The notes under the pieces are model-generated. The model ran no database searches. It worked only from the letters and a program-made list of their open reading frames with translations, and was not told the origin of the DNA. From positions 1 to 37,215 of the forward strand of contig NIVC01002801.1 in NCBI GenBank assembly GCA_002269645.1: a stretch of 37,215 nt of DNA, given 5' to 3'. The position numbers were made by a program, and so were the translations under genes. The first letter of the stretch is position 1, and every line of letters begins with the position of its first letter. The stretch is from Macrostomum lignano. Taxonomy: Eukaryota. Positions 1 to 9,500 of this stretch are shown here, piece by piece.

Positions 1-49
1 AGTTGAGTTGGGAGCACGAATCTTGTTTTTGAGCAAAATATTTACCTTC

Positions 50-370
50 GGGTTGCAGATAGCAGTGAATGGGTTTTGCAGATAGCTGTGAATGGGTGTT
101 GCAGATAGCAGTGAATGTGGGTTGCAGATAGCAGTGAACGGGGGTTGCAGATAGCAGTGAATGTGGGTTGCAGATAGCAGTGAATGGGGGTTGCAGATAG
201 CAGTGAATGGGGGGTTGCAGATAGCAGTGAATGGGTGTTGCAGATAGCAGTGAATGGGGGTTGCAGATAGCAGTGAATGGGTGTTGCAGATAGCAGTGAA
301 TGGGGGTTGCAGATAGCTGTGATTGGTGTTGCAGATAGCTGTGATTGGTGTTTCAGATAGCAGTGATTGG
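50..370. repeat. ~23-bp minisatellite (GGGGGTTGCAGATAGCAGTGAAT), ~14 copies, just 3' of the FLOT2 stop
   Basis: Tandem units read directly from the sequence. Confidence 0.95.
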
Positions 371-380
371 TTCAATTCAT

Positions 381-656
381 TCAGGCGGAGCCGGCCACGG
401 TGGCGCCGGGCAGGCGGCCGATGGCCTTGGACAGGTCCACCCCGGTCAGAGCCTGCACAGCCGGCGGCAGGGAGCTCAACAGGCGCGACACCTCGCTTGT
501 GGTCCGGTCGTCGCCCAGCACGACAATCTCGTCGATGCGGGCCAGCGGAGCCGCCACCTCGGCTGCCACCTTCGGCAGGGCGTCCAGAGTCAGCTCCAGC
601 ACGGCTGCGTCGCCGTAGGCGCGGAAGGCCGACGCCTTCAGGCGCATCTCCTCGGC
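381..656 (-). CDS. FLOT2: FLOT2 exon 6 (terminal)
   Basis: CCCCAG|GCC acceptor. Encodes AEEMRLKASAFRAYGDAA...GVDLSKAIGRLPGATVAGSA, with TGA at 381-383. Confidence 0.95.
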   Translation of the reverse strand, partial: AEEMRLKASAFRAYGDAAVLELTLDALPKVAAEVAAPLARIDEIVVLGDDRTTSEVSRLLSSLPPAVQALTGVDLSKAIGRLPGATVAGSA

Positions 657-3600
657 CTGGGGATTGGCGGGCACGGGATTGGTGAGGACTGGGCTGGGAT
701 TGGTGAGGACTGGGGTGGGATTGGTGAGGACTGGGCTGGGATTGGTGAATGACTGGGGTGGGATTCGTGACTGACTGGGTGGGGATTAGTGAGGACTGGA
801 GTGGGCATTGGTGAAGGACTGGGTGGGGATTGGTGAATGACTGGGTGGGGATTGGTGAATGACTGGGTGGGGATTGGTGAATGACTGGGCGGGATTGGTG
901 AATGACTGGGCGGGATTGGTGAATGACTGGGTGGGATTGGTGACTGACTGGGGTGGGATTCGTGACTGACTGGGGTGGGCATTGGTGAAGGACTGGGTGG
1001 GGATTGGTGAATGACTGGCTGGGATTGGTGAATGACTGGGGTGGGATTCGTGACTGACTGGGGTGGGGATTAGTGAGGACTGGAGTGGGCATTGGTGAAG
1101 GACTGGGTGGGGATTGGTGAATGACTGGGTGGGGATTGGTGAATGACTGGGTGGGGATTGGTGAATGACTGGGCGGGATTGGTGAATGACTGGGCGGGAT
1201 TGGTGAATGACTGGGTGGGATTGGTGACTGACTGGGGTGGGATTCGTGACTGACTGGGATGGGGATTGGTGAAGGACTGGGTGGGGATTGGTGAATGACT
1301 GGGCGGGATTGGTGAATGACTGGGTGGGGATTGGTGAATGACTGGGGTGGGATTCGTGACTGACTGGGGTGGGGATTGGTGAGGGACTGGGGTGGGGAGC
1401 AGAATTCCTCACCTGGGCCTTTCCAACAGCTTCAATGGAGGCGGCTTCGGCAGCACCGCGCACCCGGATGGCCTCAGCCTCAGCCTGGGCCACCTTGACC
1501 TGGCGGTAGCGATCCCCGGCCGCGATAGTCTGCACCTGGAAGGCCTGGGCCTCGGCGGGACGGCGCACGATGGCGTCCAGCTCCTTCTCGTTGCGTATGA
1601 TTTCTTTCTCTTCAATCTCGATTAGCTTGCGCTTCTCGCGAACCTGCAGGGCATGTTTGTGCGATGCGAAATGAGTTTAGGCTGGAAGCATAGGAAAAAT
1701 GGCGTGCTAACTTTTCAATTGCACTATCCGTATTCATGCTGTCAGGTGACAAATCCTCCTTGAAACGTCTGCTTCGGAATTTGGAGAAATTTCGCCTTAA
1801 TCAAGCTTTTACGATTGAGAAATTCCCTACCTCGAACTTTGGAAAATGAGAAATTCCCCTCTATTAGGCTTCGGCAACTGATAAATTCCCCTTCATTAAG
1901 CTTCGGCAACTAAGAAATTCCCCTTCATTAAGCTTCGGCAACTGAGAAATTCCCCCTTCATTAAGCTTCGGCAACTGAGAAATTCCCCCTTAATTAAGCT
2001 TCGGAAACTGAGAAATTTCCCTCCATTAGGCTTCGGCAACTGAGAAATTCCCCTTCATTAAGCTTCGGCAACTAAGAAATTCCCCTTCATTAAGCTTCGG
2101 CAACTGAGAAATTCCCCCTTCATTAAGCTTCGGCAACTGAGAAATTCCCCTTCATTAAGCTTCGGCACCTGAGAAATTCCCCCTTCATTAAGCTTCGGAA
2201 ACTGAGAAATTTCCCCTTCATCAAAGCTGAGAAATGCCGCTAAGAAGCAAGCACACTCTGGAGCAGCCAGATACTAACATCAATTTCAATTTCCTCAGTG
2301 CGAATCCTCTGCCGCTCCTTGGCAGACTGCAAATTATAAGCCAATTCAGCTTGCGCCTTGGCCCGATTCACTTCAACATCAAAGTCGGCCTTCTGTATCT
2401 GGAAGTGTCTGGCGCTGTCCGCTATACGCGAGTCCATCTCGTAGCGAACCTCCATGCGGGAGCGCTGGCACTGGGATTCCACTATGCCGGCGTCTCGCTC
2501 AGACTCAGCTGAACCGATTGCCGCGTCCCGCTTCACTATGGCGGTCTGCGTGCGGCCCAGGCTGTTCAGGTAGTCCACCCGGTCGTAGATATCTTTAATA
2601 GTAAATGACAGGATCTCTATGCCCATCTTGCCAACGTCCGGGGCGGCCACGTCGCGAACTAATTCGGCGAATTGGTCGCGATCTTTGTAGATTGCTTCCA
2701 CTGTCAGGGTGCCCAGTATAGCGCGCAGGTGGCCCTCCATAGTTTGCAATATGGTGTCCTCCATGCTGCGCCGCGATTTGCCCAGGAATTGCTCGCACGC
2801 CGTGGTCAGTATCTCCGGATCGCGCATCACCTTCACCTGGGCCACGCCTTGGGTTTAAGGGTTGCTTGGCAGTTTAGGTTGCGGGAGGATATGGGTCAGG
2901 TTTGTGAGGGATATGGGTCAGGTTTGTGAGGATATGGGTCAGGTTTGTGAGGGATATGGGTCAGGTTTGTGAGGGATATGGGTCAGGTTTGTGAGGGATA
3001 TGGGTCAGGTTTGTGAGGGATATGGGTCAGGTTTGTGAGGGATATGGGTCAGGTTTGTGAGGGATATGGGTCAGGTTTGTGAGGGATATGGGTCAGGTTT
3101 GTGAGGGATATGGGTCAGGTTTGTGAGGGATATGGGTCAGGTTTGTGAGGGATATGGGTCAGGTTTGTGAGGGATATGGGTCAGGTTTGTGAGGGATATG
3201 GTCAGGTTTGTGTCAATATTGGTCAGGTTTGTCAGGGATATGGGTCAGGTTTGTGTCAATATTGGTCAGGTTTGTGAGGGATATGGGTCAGGTTTGTGAG
3301 GGATATGGGTCAGGTTTATGAGGGATATGGGTCAGGTTTGTAAGGGATATGTGTCAGGTTTGTGAGGGATATTGGCCAGGTTTGTAAGGGATATGGGTCA
3401 GGTTTGTCAGGGATATGGGTCAGGTTTGTGAGGGATATGGGTCAGGTTTGTCAGGGATATGGGTCAGGTTTGTCAGGGATATGGGTCAGGTTTGTGAGGG
3501 ATATGGGTCAGGTTTGTGAGGGACATGGGTCAGGTTTGTGAGGGATATGGGTCAGGTTTGTGAGGGATATGGGTCAGGTTTGTGAGGGATATGGGTCAGG

Positions 3601-4424
3601 TTTGTGAGGGACATGGGTCAGGTTTGTGAGGGACATGGGTCAGGTTTGTGAGGGATATGGGTCAGGTTTGTGAGGGACATGGGTCAGGTTTGTGAGGGAT
3701 GTGGGTCAGGTTTGTGTCAATATTGGTCAGGTTTTTCAGGATTGTAAAGGCTGGGTGGGTCAAGCAGTTTTTGTAGGCTTTTTTAATAGCTAAAAGACAA
3801 CTCACCAGTGACAGTCACTGCCACTCCTTCAGATGTGTTCAACATCTTCACACTTTGGTTTCAAAGTGAAAACTTCTAGCGTTAATCTACATAAAACATA
3901 CAAAAGGCGTAGAGAAGCTTCTGTAAAACAATGTATTAAGAACAAAAGTAAATTTTTACCTCTGCACCTGGGTGACACAACAGCAAGCCCAGCCCCAGCC
4001 TCCAATGATGCGACGAACTCGGTTCTGACCAGTGCAGCCACCTGGCCAGAAGTTAATATATCTAGACTAGTTAAACTTGAACTTAATACACTTTAACTTT
4101 ATATGCAATATCTTAATAATATATGTGCATTCATTCCAATAATTATAATTCTGGCTTAACAAAAATTAGTAAAGAATTTAAAATAAAAATCTTCTTGTTT
4201 TATTAAAAATAATTCACTATTAATTTTCTGTTACATTGAATATTAATAATAATAGTATGGTAGAAGACAGAAAGGTAGTATGTTTAAGTGTATAATATAC
4301 TTGATTATATTGTAATGCAAAAATTAATCTAAATCTTAACTCAAAAAATAGAAAACAATGTTATAAACTTCTTACCAGAAATTACAAGAGCCTTGTTTGG
4401 TCCAACAGTATGAATCTGTCCCAT
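381..4424 (-). CDS. FLOT2: Flotillin-2 (reggie-1), 6 coding exons: join(4376..4424,3960..4041,3806..3886,2279..2847,1413..1643,381..656); 1-nt insertion in exon 3
   Basis: The exons translate to MGQIHTVGPNKALVISG / GCTGQNRVRRIIGGWGWACCCVTQVQR / LTLEVFTLKPKCEDVE(T)SEGVAVTVTG / VAQVKVMRDPEILTTACEQFLGK...ILQTMEGHLRAILGTLTVEAIYKDRDQF... / ...VRRPAEA... / ...ARIDEIVVLG...LPPAVQALTGVDLSK. This is collinear with FLOT2 as I recall it (SPFH domain plus flotillin coiled coil). All introns are GT-AG with compatible phases. Exon lengths 49+82+80+569+231+276 = 1287 nt = 428 aa + stop after removing one base. Confidence 0.95.
675..1397. repeat. ~20-21-bp G-rich minisatellite (GGGATTGGTGAATGACTGGGY) filling FLOT2 intron 5
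   Basis: Tandem units with variants (TCGTGACT, GTGAGGACT, GTGAAGGACT). Confidence 0.95.
1413..1643 (-). CDS. FLOT2: FLOT2 exon 5
   Basis: CTGCAG|GTT acceptor, CAG|GTGAGG donor, 231 nt. Encodes VREKRKLIEIEEKEIIRNEKELDAIVRRPAEAQAF...AEAEAIRVRGAAEAASIEAVGKAQ. Confidence 0.95.
1790..2232. repeat. 32-33-bp minisatellite (TTAAGCTTCGGCAACTGAGAAATTCCCCTTCA), ~13 copies, FLOT2 intron 4
   Basis: Tandem units read directly; degenerate at the left edge. Confidence 0.95.
2279..2847 (-). CDS. FLOT2: FLOT2 exon 4 (SPFH core and start of coiled coil)
   Basis: Corresponds to ORF 2240..2845. AAG|GC acceptor (phase 1, completes Gly of VTGVAQ); donor GAT|GTTAGT. Confidence 0.95.
2883..3738. repeat. 22-bp minisatellite (GGGATATGGGTCAGGTTTGTGA), ~39 copies, FLOT2 intron 3
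   Basis: Highly homogeneous tandem units. Confidence 0.97.
3806..3886 (-). CDS. FLOT2: FLOT2 exon 3 (contains +1 frameshift)
   Basis: TAG| acceptor and G|GTGAGT donor. RLTLEVFTLKPKCEDVE is in one frame and TSEGVAVTVTG in the next. 81 nt observed versus 80 needed for phase compatibility. Confidence 0.9.
3960..4041 (-). CDS. FLOT2: FLOT2 exon 2
   Basis: CAG| acceptor, AG|GTAAAA donor, 82 nt. Encodes GGCTGQNRVRRIIGGWGWACCCVTQVQR, matching the FLOT2 segment GGCCGS...GGWAWAWWC...QR. Confidence 0.9.
4376..4424 (-). CDS. FLOT2: FLOT2 exon 1 (MGQIHTVGPNKALVISG)
   Basis: ATG at 4424; Gly2 (myristoylation site in FLOT2); donor G|GTAAG, phase 1; 49 nt. Too short for the ORF track. Confidence 0.93.
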
Positions 4425-4813
4425 TTTTGGTACTTTTTAAATATAATATGAAATTTGGTATCAGAAATGCTATTGTAAAACGAGAGAAATTCAGACTTAA
4501 CTAACGCAGAACGACTCGTACGAGACTAAGAGCGCTATAAAACCAAATTTTCTCGCTAAAAAAAGTTAACATGCCCTTAGTTTGAACTCTATAAATTGAT
4601 TGATTTCGTTGGACCAATAACGGAAAAACAAATTAAGTAAAATGTGGGTTTAACCGCTGCAAAACTTTTCAGTAAAGCAAGTTTTTAACTTTATAGTTTT
4701 AACCATCACTGTAATTTTCTCATCAAAATTTTAAAATTACCTGTTATCTGACAAGTTTTGTTCCACATCACACCGGCGCCGTCAATAAACAGATTTTGTG
4801 ATAGCCGTAGAGC

Positions 4814-4827
4814 ACTGCGCATGCAGT
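4814..4827. promoter_or_regulatory. NRF1-like motif (ACTGCGCATGCAGT) ~390 bp upstream of the FLOT2 ATG
   Basis: Partial match to TGCGCATGCGCA in a small GC-richer patch inside AT-rich DNA. Motif match only. Confidence 0.25.
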
Positions 4828-6260
4828 TTTCTAAAGTTTCAACTCACTGATGATTGATTATCAATGCTACAGTTGTTAATATCATGGACTTTTTCCGTGG
4901 TTAATACAGTCAAGGACCACTGCAGTATATTAGTATGCTATATAGGGGTCCTTGTATACTTGTACAGTATGCATACAGTAAGTATAGTATGTACAGTATG
5001 AGTTAGCCGGCTACACGTTTACCCTTAATTTAAAATTCCTATTACAACTGGAGCTCGTATAATGCATTTTACAACTCCACCCAGTACATAACAATTACAT
5101 GCATAATCCATGTCCGCATGCACCATCGACTTTTCTATGTAAAAAATTGAACGAGTTAATTTAGTCGGAAGTATGGAACTATAATCTACATGTAGCAAAG
5201 AAAAAGATCAATTGATAACTGTATAAGTTGACATTGAAATACTGAAATCATTTGATTTATAGTACACATGTACAGCTATATGCCTAACCTTCAAAAGCTC
5301 ACAAATAAAAAATATTTCAATGACTTCTAGACTAGCTAGAACTTATATAGTTAGCATAGTAGAGTCCTTGAACATATTATCTTTGTTAGATGAACAAGCG
5401 CGTCTTGTATAGTAATCAATGAATTTATTGTAAAAGTTCCCAATCGGTTCCCAGGAGCAAAATTGACGCTAGTAGCTATAAGATTTACACGTATTTGATC
5501 AAAATATGCGATTGCAAGCTGAAGCGCATACATTATGCATACAGTACAAATTAAAATGCCCTGGTACATATGGGCAGCAAATATTCCTAAAAACTGAAAA
5601 GACAGGAGCCGCAGACTATCTTTAAATATATGATAAGCCCACTTTAATTAAGTTATTGTGTACATGGTGCCCAACAGGAACTGAACCACAGAAAGCATTG
5701 TTTCCAATAACACCATCGAGGCTTATCATTATATCATACTATAAGAATCAAAGAAAGCATCGAAGTAGAAAACTGCATCTACTACTAAATAAGTAGTTAG
5801 TTAGCATCTAGCGGGGAAGCCGAAAATGCGAAATTTGTTGAGTTTAATAAAGCTGAAACTTTACGAGCTAATTAACAGGATACGCTGACGCTGATGGGAT
5901 GTCAGAATTGCGGATGAGGCTGCCCAATCATTGGCATAAATTCCATAGCATTTGTATATGTATATACTCGTATGTATAGTCTAATCTTGATTGTTTATGA
6001 ACATTTTTTAGCACCGATTTGAATTGCTTACTTAATCCTTTCAACATTACAAGTTTTAATTATTGATAAATTTAGAAGGCCGATTATTAAAAGTCGTTAA
6101 ACAATTAATCGATTGGATATATTACACGCAGAAATTTGTTCTTCGTTAAAATTGAGCGATTTCAGCTAAAAAAACTCAGTTCTACATGTACATCTGCACG
6201 CGTGTACAACTAGAGGACTTGGAAGTAGGGCTGATTTTCAGGATTTGCAACATCTACCAG

Positions 6261-6505
6261 TTAGCACCTCTCGGCGCCGATGTGCAAGCAGTCAAGGCTT
6301 GTGGCTGACTGGATGTCAGCCGTGGTTGCCTCTGTCTCGAATGTCCACGGCTGCTCTTCAGCCGAGGCGAACACTAAGTAGACAACACCGGCGAGCACCT
6401 GGGTGGCAGCGGCGCTGCTCAAGGCGACCTGCCATTCCAGCTTCACTCGCTCGCTGTTGCCGCTGCTCTGCACGATCAGGGATGCGATTACCGTTGACAT
6501 CATGC
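6261..6505 (-). CDS. SLC17 gene exon 4 (terminal)
   Basis: CGCAG|GC acceptor. Encodes MMSTVIASLI...EWQVALSSAAATQVLAGVVYLVFASAEEQPW..., with TAA at 6261-6263. Confidence 0.92.
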
Positions 6506-9500
6506 CTGCGGGATGGGTGTGAGGCTGGGATTGTGAGGCTGAGATTGTGAGGCTGGGATTGTGAGGCTGGGATTGTGAGGCTGGGATTGTGAGGCTGGGA
6601 TTGTGAGGCTGGGATTGTGAGGCTGGGATTGTGAAAATTTGATTGTAAGGAAAGGATTGTGAGGATGGGATTGTGAGGCTGGGATTGTGAGAATGGGATT
6701 GTAAGGATAGGATTGTGAGGATGGGATTGTAAGGATGGGATTGTGAGGCTGGGATTGTAAGGATAGGATTGTGAGGATGGGATTGTGAGGCTGGGATTGT
6801 GAGAATGGGATTGTAAGGATGGGATTGTGAGGCTGGGATTGTGAAGCTGGGATTGTGAGGCTGAGATTGTGAGGCTGGGATTGTGAGGCTGGGATTGTGA
6901 GGCTGAGATTGTGAGGCTGGGATTGTGAGGATGGGATTTTGAGGCTGGGATTGTGAGGCTGGGATTGTGAGGCTGGGATTGTGAGGCTGGGATTGTGAGG
7001 ATGGGATTGTAAGGAAAGATTGTGAGGATGGGATTGTGAGGATGGGATTGTGAGGATGGGATTGTGAGGATAGGATTGTGAGGATGGGCTTGTGAGGATG
7101 GGATTGTGAGGATAGGATTGTGAGGATGGGCTTGTGAGGATGGGATTGTAAGGAAAGATTGTGAGGATGGGATTGTTAGGCTGGGATTTTAAGGAAAGGA
7201 TTGTGAGGATGGGATTGTGAGGATGGGATTGTGAGGATAGGATTGTGAGGATGGGCTTGTGAGGATGGGATTGTAAGGAAAGATTGTGAGGATGGGATTG
7301 TAAGGAAAGATTGTGAGGATGGGATTGTGAGGATGGGATTGTGAGGCTGGGATTGTGAGGATGGGATTGTGAGGCTGGGATTGTGAGGCTGGGATTGTGA
7401 GGCTGGGATTGTGAGGCTGGGATTGTGAGGCTGGGATTGTAAGGAAAGGATTTTAAGGAAAGGATTGTGAGGATGGGATTGTGAGGATGGGATTGTAAGG
7501 AAAGGATTTTAAGGAAAGGATTGTGAGGATGGGATTGTGAGGATGGGATTGTAAGGAAAGGATTTTAAGGAAAGGATTGTGAGGATGGGATTGTGAGGAT
7601 GGGATTGTAAGGAAAGGATTTTAAGGAAAGGATTGTGAGGATGGGATTGTGAGGATGGGATTGTAAGGAAAGGATTTTAAGGAAAGGATTGTGAGGCTGG
7701 GATTGTGAGGCTGGGATTGTGAGGCTGGGATTGTGAGGCTGGGATTGTGAGGCTGGGCTTGTGAGGATGGGATTGTAAGGAAAGATTGTGAGGATGGGAT
7801 TGTGAGGATGGGATTGTGAGGCTGGGATTGTGAGGCTGGGATTTTAAGGAAAGGATTGTGAGGATGGGATTGTGAGGCTGGGCTTGTGAGGATGGGATTG
7901 TAAGGAAAGATTGTGAGGATGGGATTGTGAGGATGGGATTGTGAGGCTGGGATTGTGAGGCTGGGATTTTAAGGAAAGGATTGTGAGGATGGGATTGTGA
8001 GGATGGGCTTGTGAGGATGGGATTGTAAGGAAAGATTGTGAGGATGGGATTGTGAGGATGGGATTGTGAGGATGGGATTGTAAGGAAAGATTGTGAGGAT
8101 GGGATTGTGAGGATGGGATTGTGAAGATGAGATTGTGAAGATGGGATTATGAAGATATAGGTATGTGGCGGTCTGAGCTAGGATAGAGACAGGATTCCAG
8201 TAGCGATAGAAAAGAAGCAAAGCAAAGAAGACAGACTGACTAAAATGAGAAGTTGCAAGATCAGCTTGTAGTGTGCGTACCTGCTGGTTATGCTGACTCC
8301 TAACCAATAATCTTGTTAAGGATCCCAATCAAGATGATTCATATCCTTGAGAACTATCTAAGTTCAACTTAGCTACCTGAGTTGCAATCCTACTGTCTCC
8401 ATCTGCTCAGCAACTATACGTCCAATTCACAGCGGACACTCTGCAGATCTCCATTTCCGACCGAGTTCTCTGCAGCCAAAATCCTCAGGGAATAATCCCT
8501 GACCGGCTTGCTCGCCTATCGTCACCAGCGGGAGGGAGAAAATGCAATTTAGGCAAATCATTCGAATCGCCTGCCAGAAATTCCCCAACCCTCGATATCT
8601 CCCTCTCTATAAAACCTTAATCCTTCAGTCTTTCGCGGCCCTCATTTGGGGCTGGGTGGGACGGAGGCTCTCCTTTGCTCTCCATCATTTCTAGAAGGCG
8701 TCCCTCGCAGCCCCTGTAAAGTCACCCCGGTCATCAACGCCAGAAAAAATGATGGCACCGCCACTCCGTCAGCTGCAGCTGCGGCTGGAGGCGCGAGACC
8801 TTTGAACCAGAATAATGAGATGCGCCGATTGGGTGAACGGCGCCGCACGGATCAAATGTCGCTCTAGCTGTCACAAGATGAGAAGAAAGTATTCAGGTTC
8901 TTTGCACTTTTTTGGGGCTGATTTTAAGGTGGCAGCATAGCATCGTAACCTTCATGCTAGTCAGTGCTTGCTTAGGTTTTGCTTTGCATAAATCATTTTG
9001 ACTGCTGAGTACTGATGAAGCGGAGAGACAGACTCAACCATAGAGGGAGTGGAGAGGCAGACTCAACCATAGAGGGAGTGGAGAGGCAGCTTCAACCATA
9101 GAGGGAGTGGAGAGGCAGACTCAACCATAGAGGGAGTGGAGAGGCAGCTTCAACCATAGAGGGAGTGGAGAGGCAGACTCAACCATAGAGGGAGTGGAGA
9201 GGCAGCTTCAACCATAGAGGGAGTGGAGAGGCAGACTCAACCATAGAGGGAGCGGAGAGGCAGACTCAACCATAGAGGGAGTGGAGAGGCAGACTCAACC
9301 ATAGAGGGAGTGGAGAGGCAGACTCAACCATAGAGGGAGTGGAGAGGCAGCTTCAACCATAGAGGGAGTGGAGAGGCAGCTTCAACCATAGAGGGAGTGG
9401 AGAGGCAGCTTCAACCCTGAGTGGAGAGGCAGCTTCAACCATAGAGGGAGTGGAGAGGCAGCTTCAACCATAGAGGGAGTGGAGAGGCAGCTTCAACCAT

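Noticed and set aside
638-1412. Pro/Ser/His-rich extensions of FLOT2 ORFs (638..982, 786..1568)
   Set aside because: Read-through into the intron-5 minisatellite past a clear GTGAGG donor at 1412.
8160-8290. Hydrophobic stretch (LILQLLILVSLSSLLCFFSIATG) as an extra SLC17 exon
   Set aside because: Exons 3 and 4 already join in frame with no missing helix. Splicing at the nearby CAG in phase 1 gives an early stop, and I found no suitable donor.
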